From assembly GCF_006345805.1 (NCBI RefSeq), contig NC_042999.1:147374001-147438000 (forward strand): a stretch of 64,000 nucleotides of DNA, in the 5' to 3' direction. The notes under the pieces were generated by a model, which had not been told where the DNA came from, did no database searches, and worked only from the letters and a program-made list of their open reading frames with translations. Below, in pieces: positions 1 to 13,697 of this stretch (within the stretch, counting starts at the first letter, position 1; every line of letters begins with the position of its first letter). Source of the stretch: Octopus sinensis. Taxonomy: Eukaryota. The translations under genes were made by a program, and so were the position numbers.

Positions 1-120
1 ACTGTATGTTATTGAATTTATATGTGAGTGGGGATATAATTTATATATGAGTGGACACATCATATATTTATAAAACATTCGAGCATACACATTTATATAT
101 ATACACACACCTACACACAC

Positions 121-180
<60 letters not shown>

Positions 181-1358
181 CATATAGATATATATTTCCT
201 TTCTGAATATAAAGTTTATCGCTTGTTACAAACTTGTCGAATAATGGTTTCACTACGAAAGAAAACTGCGTGAAAGCCATTTCTACTCTAGATCTATTAC
301 AAATACTGCATATAGCATATCGGTGAGAGTTATCAGAGTAAAGCTTTTGGAGTATGTAGACAGGCCAAAAGCATTTATGTTAATGATAAAGTAGAACTTC
401 AGAAAATAGTACTTAATATAAGGTTATTGAATCTTACATCCGTACTGGAGTCGACCTATGACAAACCTCTCTGATTATGTTTATACTAAATTATGGATCT
501 AAGAATGTATCCGACTTCAAAACAAATTTAATGTTTGCAAGAGTCAGTAATAGAAGAGAAACGTTTTTTGCTAATGTATTCACTGCATAGCGCAGATGAT
601 TAAAGTATAAATCAATATAGTTCTTCTGATCGTATATTTTCTGTCTATGAAAGAAACACATTATTACTACAGGGTCCAAATTCTATTTTGTTACACTCAC
701 AAGCATATACATACATCCACATTACTATATATATTCCTACAAACACAATTATACACACGTGCGCATACACTTATATATATATATTTGTGAAGATTGAACG
801 GTATTTTCGGAATAACTCTGTTCATATTGATCGTTTCAAATTGATAATTTGACTTTTTCTCAAGCTGTTTCGATATTCCATCTTATGTTACTTGGAGTGT
901 TTCTTCTTCGCACTGTCTCAATTAGGAATGATTTTTATGTTGTTCGTTCTGTCGGGAAAAAATCATTCTTAATACATAGTAGGTGTGTAATCATGCAAAT
1001 TTAAAACCAGTTAGTTGTCGCACAATCTGCTAATCATAGTAGCCTCAACTTCCTTTCAAAAAATATTTTGCTTTTTATATAACAGAAGGCGCATCTAGGC
1101 TGATTCAGATACGTACAAAGTATTATATGATCCAGGATTAACTATCTTTTTAGGGGAATCACGGCTTGTCTTTCTACTGGAAATTAAGGTACCCGAAATT
1201 CAATTGCACATAGGGAACTAAAATCCGTACTAAAGAATTATATCATATTTTCTACTAAAAACATGTGAACCAATATCAGTGACAATATGGATAATAACAA
1301 TCTGAAATTTACATTATTTACATTTCACAGATATTTGTCCTCATCTTGTTTGTTATTA

Positions 1359-1402
1359 ATACAACGTTTCGGATGATATATCCAACAGCCCTCATCAGGT
1401 GT
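1359..1402 (-). ncRNA. Minimal type I hammerhead ribozyme motif
   Basis: Minus strand reads ACAC-CTGATGA-G-GGCTG..CATCC-GAA-ACGT-T-GTAT: canonical core and palindromic helix III (ACGT), with one mismatch each in helices I and II. Confidence 0.65.
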
Positions 1403-1466
1403 CTTGGGAAATTTCGAACCTTGGTTCTCATTCCTAAGGTATCTTTCGATATTATTATTATTATTA

Positions 1467-1499
<33 letters not shown>

Positions 1500-1563
1500 C
1501 ATTCCGAACTCGGAATCTTGGGGTTAGTAGCTCGCGCTCTTGACCCCTTCTCCTGCACTATGC

Positions 1564-1967
1564 TCTTACTCTTTTACTTGTTTCAGTCATTTGACTGCGA
1601 CCATGCTAGAGCACTGCCTTTAGTTGAGGAAATCGACCACAGGTTTTATTCTTTGTAAGCCTAGTACTTATTCTATCGGTCTCTTTTGCCGAACCACTAA
1701 GTTACGGGGACGTAAACACACCAGCATCGGTTGTCAAGCTATGTTGGGGGGACAAACACAGACACTCAAACACACACACATATAATATTCATATACATAT
1801 ATACGACGGGCTTCTTTCAGTTTCCGTCTACCGAATCCACCCACAAGGCTTTGGTCGGCCCGAGGCTATAGTAGAAGACACTTGCCCAAGGTGATATGCA
1901 GTGGGACTGAACCCAGAACCATGTGGTTTGTAAGCAATCTACTTAACACACAGCCACTCCTGCGCCT
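1564..1967 (-). mobile_element. tRNA-derived SINE, family A (full length)
   Basis: A-box/B-box-like head (TGGCTGTGTG.. / GGTTCAGTCC), CCTTGGGCAAGT core, internal (TA)/(TG) tract and AAAAGAGT-type tail; at least 12 related copies in the window. Confidence 0.85.
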
Positions 1968-1974
1968 TACTATA

Positions 1975-2240
1975 TGTAAATCTTTCGTCGAATTTCTCGA
2001 CATTTCTGTCAATATACACCACTCCACTCTCACTAACTCCATCCGCTACAAGCACACCGACTCACATTTCTACCTCATCCTCTCCTCCTCCCACCCTACC
2101 CACACCAAGCTCTCCATCCCCTACTCCCAGTTCCTCTGTCTGCGTGGGCTCTGCAATGACGACCATGATTTTGAGACTCAGTCTCGATTCATGTCTCCCC
2201 ATTTCATCCTTCGTGGATATCCCCTCATCACTATCTACAA
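1975..2240 (+). pseudogene. Penelope-like element reverse transcriptase thumb fragment
   Basis: FLDISV..YKHTDSHFYL..SSSHPTHTKLSIPYSQFLCLRGLC..RGYP matches the PLE RT C-terminal pattern also seen at 32170-32400. Confidence 0.85.
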
Positions 2241-2499
2241 AAGAAGTCAGTCATTTTACGACAGTTGTCAAGAACTCAGCTGTCAATTAGATACATTTTC
2301 AAATCTGATGATTACTACGAACGTATGAATGCGCTAATTGAACTTAATGAACATTACAATATATTTGTTTAATATTTAACACACTCAACAGTGGAATAAA
2401 ATTCATTTTTTTAAATTGCCATTATAAAAAAATGTGAAAATCTTAACTTTATTCAACTGATATATTATTCTATACATAAATTCGGATGTTTATAAATAA

Positions 2500-2540
<41 letters not shown>

Positions 2541-2547
<7 letters not shown>

Positions 2548-3183
2548 AGAGAGAGAGAGAGAGAATGTCACTAATCAGCACCAGTACTGCTAGAAATAGG
2601 AATCAAAACAACTCAATAGGCAACAAAAGCACTGTCTTAATGAAATGACAAGGGAGACAAGCTCATTATGGTCGCATATACAGCCAGATCATCGATGATT
2701 TCGCATTCTGATGCTTAAAGCATCTTAAAGCTCTTCACTGGCTCCCACCGTGTTTAGGGTTAAGCACATCTCTCCTTGTCAGCTTATAAGATCTCCGTTG
2801 AGAACATGCCTTGAGTTCAAAATCGGCCAGAAGTGAAAACTATAAATATGGGGGACAATTTGCTATTTTACATCCTCAAGACAGAATATATACGTCACTA
2901 AAGTGAACAAGTTGTTTTGACTCCTATTTCTAGCAATAGTGGCTCTTATTAATGCCCTTGCTCACTTTAGTGACATATATACTTTTCCTTTAGGTTTTAA
3001 AATTGCGAATTAGCCACCCATAATGTATAGCAGTGGTCGTGTGGTAAGTAGCTTGCTTAGCAACCACATGGGTCCGGGTTCAGTGCCACTGCGTAGAACC
3101 TTGGGCAATGTCTTCTACTATACTGTCGGGCCGACCAAAACCTTGTGGGTGGATTTAGTAGATGAAAACTGAAAGAAGCCTGT

Positions 3184-3224
<41 letters not shown>

Positions 3225-3866
3225 AGAGAGAGAGAGAGAGAGAGAATGTCACTAATCAGCACCAGTACTGCTAGAAATAGGAATCAAAACAACTCAATAG
3301 GCAACAAAAGCACTGTCTTAATGAAATGACAAGGGAGACAAGCTCATTATGGTCGCATATACAGCCAGATCATCGATGATTTCGCATTCTGATGCTTAAA
3401 GCATCTTAAAGCTCTTCACTGGCTCCCACCGTGCCTAGGGTTAAGCACATCTCTCCTTGTCAGCTTATAAGATCTCCGTTGAGAACATGCCTTGAGTTCA
3501 AAATCGGCCAGAAGTGAAAACTATAAATATGGGGGACAAATTTGCTATTTTACATCCTCAAGACAGAAATATATACGTCACTAAAGTGAACAAGTTGTTT
3601 TGACTCCTATTTCTAGCAATAGTGGCTCTTATTAATGCCCTTGCTCACTTTAGTGACATATATACTTTTCCTTTAGGTTTTAAAATTGCGAATTAGCCAC
3701 CCATAATGTATAGCAGTGGTTGTGTGGTAAGTAGCTTGCTTAGCAACCACATGGGTCCGGGTTCAGTGCCACTGCGTAGAACCTTGGGCAATGTCTTCTA
3801 CTATACTGTCGGGCCGACCAAAACCTTGTGGGTGGATTTAGTAGATGAAAACTGAAAGAAGCCTGT

Positions 3867-3870
<4 letters not shown>
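2541..3870. repeat. Near-identical tandem duplication (~681 bp unit) bounded by (TA)n
   Basis: 2541-3187 is repeated at 3219-3870. The unit holds a PLE end with nested inverted repeats plus the 5' half of a SINE A. Confidence 0.95.
2682..2743 (-). ncRNA. Hammerhead ribozyme motif (core G3/G8, possibly inactive); second copy at 3363-3424
   Basis: AGCCA-GTGAAGA-GC..GC-GAA-ATCATCGATGAT-C-TGGCT: 5-bp helix I and 12-nt perfect palindrome as helix III. Confidence 0.7.
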
Positions 3871-3908
<38 letters not shown>

Positions 3909-4107
3909 CATGTCTGTGTTTGTTCGCCCACTATCGCTTGGTAACCGATTTTTGTGTGTTTATGTCACCACAACCTAGCGGTTCGGCGAAAGAATCCGAT
4001 AGAATAAGTACTAGGCTTACAAGGAATAAGTTCTGGAGTCGATTTGTTAGACTAAAGGCGGTGCTGCAGCATGGCTGTATTCAAATGACTGAAACAAATA
4101 AAAGAAT
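3711..4107 (+). mobile_element. SINE family A (near full length)
   Basis: Same head, core and tail as 1564-1967, in the opposite orientation. Confidence 0.85.
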
Positions 4108-4153
4108 ACATACATACATACATATATACATACATACATACATGCATGAACAA

Positions 4154-4232
<79 letters not shown>

Positions 4233-6179
4233 TAGATAGATAGATAGATAGATTGATTGATAGATAGATAGACCAGTCAAAAAGTTGGTTAATCTACAGC
4301 TTCACCTAGATCTCAGTGGATCAAGCAATGGGTGTAGACATACAACTCCGACGATACTTTGAAGGTAGAACACCTACCATTGAGTGTGTCTACTGAATTT
4401 ACTAGATTTGCCTGACGTGTAGTATTTACGAGGATAACTGACTATCAAATGACATATGAACCCACCGATATACACATATTTACACATGCACAAACATTTA
4501 CAAGCATTAAAAGATAAAAACGGGAAAATAGAAGAAATATCATAAAAATTAGAAGCCGAAATCTTCGAATTGTCCACAATTAAATTAAGTAACAGTTTTG
4601 TAAGCTACTGTCTACAAAGTAATACCTAAATCACCTGTATTATTCTTTGCGGGAGAAGATTTAGAAATAAAACGGGAGCATTCACTGGATTTATTTTATT
4701 GTAGGTAATTTAATTTTTAACAGAACTTTTGAATCAATTTTCACTTTCCAGATAAATTATAAATAATTACACAAGTCGTTTATGTCTTTCATCCTTTCGT
4801 GGTCGCTAAAATACAATACCAGTCACGTACCGGGTTCATTGTAATAGAGTAATCCGGCCCCACTGAAATTGCTGGCCTTGTACCAAAATTTGAAACCAAT
4901 ATAAATTATAAATAGCTACACTAATTTTTCGATTTATAAATCTTTCAGTTAATATACTGCATTTCTCTATGTGAACATTGTTTAGTAACTATTTGAAGAC
5001 AAGAAAATACATGCTATACAAATTATGATCTTTCTGTTACAATGTAAAATATTACATGTTTAAGATATCTATCTTTGTAATAAATACACAATCGGTGTGT
5101 TTCTTTCTTAATAACAACATATCACTACATATTTAATGATATTTATTGTAACAGAGTGTAGTAGTTGCTTCATGAGAGAGAAATATCTAAAGAATATACA
5201 TTCACTAACAATAGTACAAGAACGACTATATAGATGTGTACATAACATCGAAAATTATGTTCTCAAGAACTTTCAATTAAATGTTTTAGAGAAATGAGTT
5301 TCCTAGAATTTAAGCCAATCAGTTATCTGAGAATTAATCGCCGTTATCTCTGTAAAGTTTAATTAAATTTTCCTTTCCGAAAATGTTATTCTTTCTTTCC
5401 CTTCAGAATCAAGACTATGATTTTGAAACTCACGAGATTTCAAAACATGTTTCTGGTTCTTCTGAAAATGAAAGAATTTTACAATTACTATTAAATTTCA
5501 TTCACCGACGTACATTATCGATAGTTTCATCCGATTTTAGATTTGTAATGTTTTCTTTTTAAATTCTTTTTAACCCTTTCTAATCAAAGTTCATCAAATT
5601 GAGCCATAAAACAACCTCTATGCTGCCACATGACATGCTACAATTCGTAGACACATTATTAACAGATTTTACTCCGCTGTTTTAGATATGCCTTAACTCT
5701 AGATCAGCTTCACTAGATCTCATCTGGAAATGCATAACAAGAAAAATCAACAAAACAACATTAGGCCCATAGTTAGTTTTCTAACAAATCTTAATATCTA
5801 GTTTCCTTGACTGAGGAAACTTAACTTTCCGTTCTGAGTTCAAGTTTCGAAAGGTTAACAGTTTTCCTTTCGGATCTATCAAATGAGTGACAGTTGAGCA
5901 TTTAGTGGGGTGGTCGATGTAATCAACTTAACCCCTCTGACGAAGTTGCTGACCATGTGACAAAATTTGAAATTGATATTTATTATTCTTGATTACAATA
6001 GAATTAGACTTTTAGAAGTGTTAACAAAAGGTATGAACGTTTGGGTGGATAGCGTGATGGCTGAACAGATGGACAGGTGGATGCATGCATGGATGGAAGT
6101 GTCAGTCCATGCGTTAATAGAGGGAACGGGTGACTGTATATGTGTGTGCATGTACAATGCAAATGATATATATATATAT

Positions 6180-6740
6180 ACATTTTGTAAGCAAACTCAA
6201 AGACTGTAAATACGGAGAAGAGCGACACACATAGGTCCTTTTAAATAACTATAATTATATATTATTTAGTAATATATGCTCCAATTAAAGCGATTATACC
6301 TAAACTATTGACCAAAAAATGGGCCAGACGACTGGGAATTGAACACAACAACAATGTCCGTACGCACCGAATTCATTCACATAGCCCACCCATCAATTTC
6401 AGCCAATTTTAATGTATAGATAAATTTAGTATAAATATTTATAAATTTTGTAAACAAATACAAAGGGTGTAAAAATTATTTAGGTTTATTCGCTTTAAAT
6501 GGAGTATATATATTGTTAAAAAATATATAATTGTAATTATTACTAAAAATGACCTGTGTGTGTCGTTCCTCTCCATAATTTACAGCCCTCGGATTTGTTT
6601 ACGAAATTTACAAATATTTATACTAGACTAAAATTATCTATACATTAAAATTGGCTGAAAATGATGGGTGGACCATGTAGATGAATTCGGTCAACGGTTT
6701 AGGTTTAGCCGCTTCGTATGGAGCATATATTATTAACTAA
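6180..6740. mobile_element. Old PLE-type terminal fragment with multiple inverted segments
   Basis: 6180-6312 is inverted relative to ~6476-6610 and 6690-6735; 6367-6470 is inverted relative to 6578-6691; flanked by (TA)n. Confidence 0.55.
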
Positions 6741-6747
6741 TATATAT

Positions 6748-6811
<64 letters not shown>

Positions 6812-8089
6812 ATGCATGAAATAAACTGTCGAGACACTACATCCTTCAAAACTTCCATGTACTTTGTAATCCACCAACAGTACACATAATGCTTGGTCGC
6901 TTTCCCTTTTCTTAGTTGCAGTGTACCTGAGCATTACATACAACAATTTCTTTCATACATTAACATAGAGAAAAGGAGAATAGCGTGCAATTTTGTCGGA
7001 CATATCGAATGTATTGTCGAAGTATAGTTGAAGTTTGTTACTGATATGCAATGCTAGATGATCTGGGAAGGATAAATAGGTAAAAGTATCGCTAATCCAA
7101 ATAAACTAACTCCAGTTTCGCGCATTTTAGAGCATGCCGTATTATAAAAATACAACTGTGTATTTATGATACTACATCGATGACTTTCTAGTTTACAAAG
7201 ATCTATATGTATGTATATTTTTGTGTAGGTGTGTGCTCGCGCACGCACACATTTACACACACGTATACACACAACGCACACAATACTATATAGATAGAAG
7301 TTGTGCAGCAAACAATAAAATAGAACATACATGCAATCATATAAGTTCAGCCCGAAGATTGTGGCCATATGCATATCTTTGGATTTTCCATCTTTATGGA
7401 TTTATTTATTTACTGAATAGCCTAATAGGTAAACCATTTTAAAGCTATGAATTATCCGCATGACATCGTAAGTGTTTTTATAATTCTGGGAAATGCCATT
7501 GTCATCGGGTTATAAAGATGAAAACGAGTTTAATTGAAATCCAGTTTGATAAGTTCCAATGAACGAAACTCTTATCCCTCGAGTTACTGTGTAGCTTCTG
7601 CCGCTTACGAATACAAAAAAAAGTGTATATAATGGAAATGTATACACATAAGTATACATGTACATTCCCTCATATTATTCGAAACATACACAACCTTATA
7701 GATTTCCTATGGTTAAATGTAAAATAATTAACCACGTTGTTTACAATTACTATACTTATCTCGTGGCATAAAAACTTAATATGAAAACACACATATTCAA
7801 TATGAAGATTGAATTTCCTTGACGCATTGGTTTCACTATGATAAGACATAATGAAGATGGGTTATATGCAGCAACGCTGAAAGCCAGAACGTAGAGCTTT
7901 CCATTTATACGCGCGAAAATTAATTTCATGATACTTATATGTACACATTGATCTTTGGAAATTGAAAGAGGTCAACAGCTCAACGAATTATGTTACCCAA
8001 AAGACATATTTACGCTTTCTTGCATCGAGGAATTTTATTTTTGACTGACAATATTTCCCTCTATATTAACAGTCATCAGTTGTTACAAA

Positions 8090-8147
<58 letters not shown>

Positions 8148-8473
8148 GAGTAACCATACACACATGTGAGCAGAGGCTTACAAACATTCATACTAAGATA
8201 TATAAATGTGTTTGTGTGTGCATGTGTGTGTGTGCATGTGTGTGTGCGTGTGTGTAAACCCTCTAATCCTATTCACATATTGTAAGACGTATGCAAAAAC
8301 ATAGTCAATTTTACATTGCATATTCACCACACATATAAATACATACCTTCATACACTCATATACGTGTATGTCTCTCTTCCTCCCTTCCTCTGTCTGTAT
8401 GTCTCTCTCTTTATATATATATATACACGCACACGCATGCACACACCCACACACATACTCACACACACACACA

Positions 8474-8546
<73 letters not shown>

Positions 8547-8551
<5 letters not shown>

Positions 8552-9660
8552 CTTGGTCAGAAAATAATTTCGGTTTCTTAATATGAAAAAAGTCTTTTAT
8601 ACAAAGAATGAACTTTAATCAGTTATACATTTTCCATTTTGTTCGATGACCTTTTGCCATCATTCTGGCAACTTCATGATTCTGTGCTCATAGAACTTCT
8701 GGTCCTTATCAACCAAAAACTGAAGCAAGTACGATTTCAGGTCATCATCATCATTGAAAGTTTTACCATTCAAAGAATTTTGCAAACTTCAAAATAAATG
8801 GTAATCTGATGGTGCAAGGTCAGGGCTATATGGTGGATGTGAAATCACTTCTCAACCAAGCTCCAACAATTTTTCACGAGTAGCGATGGTTTAGCATTGT
8901 CGTGGTGGAACACAACTCCTTTACGATTTGCTAATTCTGGCCGTTTTTCTTTGATTGCTTCTTCGAATTTCATTACTTGTTGACCGTAAACATCTGACGT
9001 GATCGTTTGATTTTTTGGAAGCAGCTCAAAATACACAACACATTGACAGCATGGTATTTTTTAATGCAATTCAGCTTTCGATGTGGTTTGTGCTAGTTCA
9101 TTACACTTGAACCATGGTCGCTTTTGATTGATATTCTTGTAGACAATCCATTTTTCATCACCAGTTAGGATTCATTTCAAACAAAGTTCGATTGCATAGC
9201 GTCTGAGATGCCTATCGCAGATATTGATTCGATGTGCTAAGTGAATCGCTTTCAATTTATGTGGAACCCAAATATCGAGCTTCTTAACGAGTCCAAGATA
9301 TTTGAAGTGATTTTCAATTGTTCCGTGTGATACATTTAACCTCTCTGCAGTCTCTCGCGCAGTTATATAACAACCCGATTCAATTACGCCATTGATTCAG
9401 TCATCATCAACTTCAGTAGGTCGATCAGAACGTTGGTCATCTTTGAGTGAAAAAGCTCCAAAACGGAATTGTTAAAACTATTTCTGACATGTGCGTTCAG
9501 TTAAGCAATCAACACCATAAACTTCACATATCTCTTTGAGAGCCTCAGCAGATTCTTGCCTTTACGGAAAAAAAAAACACGCAAAATATGGCGCAAATGT
9601 TCATTTTTACATTCTATGTTAAAACTGACACTAAACTAACTGCTGCAAACAAAATTACGT
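8547..9660 (-). mobile_element. Mariner (DD34D) transposon, decayed; one TIR retained
   Basis: TIR-like TATTGGCTTGGTCAGAAAATAATTTCGG at a TA site; minus-strand motifs EHLRHIL, WVPH, HHDNAKP and HPPYSPDLAPSDYHLF with frameshifts. Confidence 0.92.
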
Positions 9661-10100
9661 CTCTGCTGGTCAGGTAATGTCCAGCGTATGGATCCCTATC
9701 GTCGCCCAAGGTTCAACGGAGAACTTGTAATCGGAACAAGACCCAAAGGAGGTCCGAAATTCCGTTTTAAAGACCAGCTCAAACGGATCTTGGCTCAAAC
9801 TAACATCCAGCCATCCTCATGGGAACAGATTGCAACGAATAGGGCAGCCTGGAGGATTGCTATCTGCAATAGAGCCAGCTTCTTCGAGCAGAACAGACAA
9901 CAGAATGTGGAGGCAAAAAGCACGAGAAGAAAAGAGTGTCTTCAACATCCTTGAACTGCACCGACCATCCCGTGTTAGTTCTGCTCACGACTCTTTCACC
10001 ACCGACTTGGACTCCAAAGTCAGTTTTGGCACAAACATCAGCCGAGGAGACTAGATGGAAACTGACGAAAGCTTTGCTCGGATTTGAACTGGATCCGACC
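9661..10100 (+). mobile_element. RTE-clade LINE 3' fragment
   Basis: GELVIGTRPKGGPKFRFKDQLK..WEQIATNRAAWR followed by a degenerate C-x2-C zinc-finger segment. Confidence 0.85.
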
Positions 10101-10120
10101 ATATATATATATATATATAT

Positions 10121-10785
10121 ATCAAAATAAGCAACAAGGATATCCAGAGGTAATGCAGTTCGATCGTTTCATACGACTCCATTTACGAAGACGTAGAATT
10201 TAATTAAATTACAAGGACGCAGATCAGGCCGAAAATGTCGCTAGAAGCTAGGATCACCAAGCATAGATTGGCATATTTCGGTCATATTATGCGGAGAAAA
10301 TCCCTGGAGAAGGACATCATGCTCGGAATGGTCAGTGGTAAGAGAGGAAGAGGCCGACCAAGAACCCGCTGGCTTGACACCATCAAGAGGGATACCGGAA
10401 TGGAAATAGCCAATCTGAGAGAAGCGGCCCAGGATAGAACTGACTGGAGGACACTGATCCAACGAGTGACCGAAAGTCGACTTCGACTGAGCGGATAGAT
10501 AGACAAGGCCACATTAGTATAATTTTACCCAAAATCTCCAAGAGGAAAATGAACTAGACAAAGAACATGTTTTACCAACATCACAATTGTAACTGAAATT
10601 CTTTTCAAGAAGACACTGCATTATTCAATGAAATGGAGTCGAATGAAACGATCGTACTGCATTACCTCTGGATATCCTTGTTGGTTATTTTGATTTTAAT
10701 CACCTTATTTTGAAATTGTATGGATAATACCATATTAAATTCTGGTGCCTCAACTTAAGTAACATATTCATCTGAATCTCTCTCT

Positions 10786-10790
<5 letters not shown>
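10121..10790. mobile_element. PLE 3'-end insertion with inverted arms (10121-10184 / 10631-10694) and tail
   Basis: 64-bp inverted repeat between (TA)n tracts. The arms contain GAA-ACGATCGT-A-CTGCA, the 3' half of an HHR. Confidence 0.65.
10217..10502 (+). mobile_element. RTE/BovB-like LINE, 5'-truncated, young
   Basis: Open ORF end LAYFGHIMRRKSLEKDIMLGMVSGKRGRGRPRTRWLD, GATA tail, candidate TSD ACAAGG (10211-10216 / 10503-10508). Confidence 0.9.
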
Positions 10791-10822
<32 letters not shown>

Positions 10823-10879
10823 TACACACACACACACACAACTCACACATACATGTGTGTATGTGTGTGTGTATGAGTG

Positions 10880-11100
10880 AGTCATTGTGTCTGTGTTTAT
10901 TCCCCCACCACTTCTTGACAACAGGTGTTAGTGTTTATGTCCCCGCAACTTAGCAGTTAGACAAAAGACATCGATTGAATAAGTACGACACTTTAAATAA
11001 ATAAGTATTGAGGTTGAGACATTCGACAAAAAATTCTTCAAGATAGTGCCCCCAGTATGGCTGCTGTCTAATGATTGAAACAAGTTAAAAGATAAAAGAT
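10880..11100 (+). mobile_element. SINE family A, 3' half (diverged)
   Basis: Matches the 3' half of family A through the TAAAAGA tail. Confidence 0.75.
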
Positions 11101-13697
11101 ATAGGCATTCTCCCAGTTTACTAATAGATCTCCTATGTCCTCCTGTATCTAATAGCCTTGTTAAAACGCAATGGCTTCCTTGAATTTATATACATCTGTT
11201 TACTTTTTGTCTGATTAATCGACTTCACTAACATAAATTGGATAAAATAGTAGCAAACGCAGCAACCCGGTGTTAAAAGCAAACAAATGCTTCACTTTTA
11301 AATAGAATTTTCCTTTTATTATTTTCCCCATCAGTACAACTCTCACTCGGGATCAAGATAAATGAAATCACATAATAATTCTGACTATAAATCGGTTGGC
11401 ATCTTTGCTGGAAACTAATCAATTTAACGGATTTCGCATTTTTATGAGTACCCACCAAACCAATCAAATCGCAAATGTGTTTTAGAAGAAAAAGGAAAGA
11501 AAGGTTATTAAAGTTTATAAATATGAATGAATAATCTTTAATCTCTAAATTGCATATGTACCCGATAAACTTTGTCAAATTACTTTGAGTTTTCTCATGT
11601 TATGGAAGATGTAAAATGGAGACATTGAATAACATGCTGGCAGACCAAATGAAAAGTAGAAGAGACGAAGTAGTTTATTAATATTTTATGACTCAATTCA
11701 TGCAGCATTAACAAGTTGAATTAAAAACTACAACTGTGTGTTAGAAGTAGCCTGGATATTGTGTAATTCATGGGCATTATTTTAAGCTGTATTTGGGGTT
11801 CAGTAAGTCTCAAACCAGACTTTTAAATTTTCCCAGTTAACATTTTCCTATGATAATGATCTCATCTACCTCGAAGGGCTACGAGGAGCAAGTGCACAAA
11901 TAATTCCTGCAGACAAAAATCAATATCATATTTTTAAAAAAACAATAAGCAGTCTGTAGCTTTTTTTATATTCAGTGGTTGAAATTCGGTTATCCGGAGT
12001 AAAATCATTGGTACAAATTGAATACAAACTAACCAAGGAGGGTTACTTTTGCAGCTCCACTCGATCATCGCTCCCATGGGGCGAGAACAACGGGAGAACA
12101 ACAAAGTGAATATCATAAAAGGTAATCTTTACTCTTTTACGTAAACAGACCCATCTTTACAATGTAATTCCATTCACTCATGAAATCAATACAGCATCAA
12201 TTAGAAAATACTTTAGACTTTTCTACCATTATATACTTATTTCGCAGCACTCTTTGATGTATGACAAAATTGTTTTCGTTCATATCAATTTCTTCATATT
12301 TATTTAGATGAATAACAATAGAGTACATGAGTTAAACACTTCGTATATTTAGTTTCATACATGTAAATCACGGGTTCAAGTCTTGATGTGTCTAATTTTG
12401 TCTTTCATCCTTTCATCCTTTCAGAGTGGATAAGTATCAAAATAAAGCGTATTACTTGCACAATTCCCTCCACCCTGAACGTTTCCTAAATATTCATGAA
12501 GGAGGTGGCAGATATACGCAGACACGTGAAATTATTAAGAGGGAGGCAGGTATATGTAGAGATATAAAAATAAATAGATAGTTAGGTTCTTTGACAAATG
12601 AATGGAAGCAAAAATAAAGAACAAAAGAAAGAATGGAAGAAAGAATAAATGAAATTGATACAGAAGGAGACTAGGACACTGATGGACTGCAGATAGTAGA
12701 AAATGTTAGCTGGGTTTTTGGCAAAAAATAAATTAAAAAATAATAATTTGCGAGAATATGGTGGGTGGATGAGAGGAAGTCTTTCCGAAAATAGTAGCTG
12801 TAAAACAGGAAAAACACCCTAAAAGCAGTAGAAATGCACGAACGATTATAGTGGTGCCGTGAAGTAAACGTGCTTCAGATACACTTATTTATTCATACGA
12901 ACGTAACTGAGATGAAATATGTCATAAATAACAGTGACAAACGAAATATACACCGCCGATAGTTGTTGCTGACAAACAACAGCAGTACCTTTATTCAGCT
13001 CAATAGACGTCATTGATTATTTGAAATTACCCGAATACGACAATGTGAACACGAAATATTTTCGAAAATACAAACTTTTTTCAACAATGCTAAGAGTAAA
13101 AGATGTTCTATATGAAACATTCTACCAGTATCCGAAGTTTGAAAGTGTTTAATTTAAAACATTTATTTATCGACCTGCCGATCAAAAGGAAAAGATCCCA
13201 ACATTCTTCAAACTTTATCACAGAGAATACATAAGAAGCCTCGAATTACACTCTGACTCAGAGGGAAAAACCCAATTGTTTTATCTGTAAATTATATCCG
13301 TATCGTGCAGCTTAGTGAAGCCTGACCTAAAACGAGAATATTAACACGTGTATTATCTTTTACCATTTGTATTAAACATATCTCCAACCTAGATTTATAC
13401 AAGTGTTCATTATATATGGAATAGATTTAAAATATAGTCACATATAAATGTGAATATTTTATTAACACTGCATAAATCTTAAATTTAGAACTATTTAAAA
13501 CATGATATATTTTGTAGAGATGTGACTGCTATTTGAAACAGAAACCTCAGAAATAAAACAAATTTTCATAAAACAAAGCGAAAAAGAAATACTAGTTGTT
13601 GAAATCGTACCCAACTGAGCGTACATTACACTGCCTTATAGGCCAACAGCTTCGACATCCATTCAGAGGGACTTTAAAAGCCAGGTACTACACTCTT

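Noticed and set aside
11975-12121. Possible exon (pyrimidine-AG acceptor, GTAATC donor, 147 nt)
   Set aside because: All three frames contain stops, and there is no recognisable domain or partner exon.
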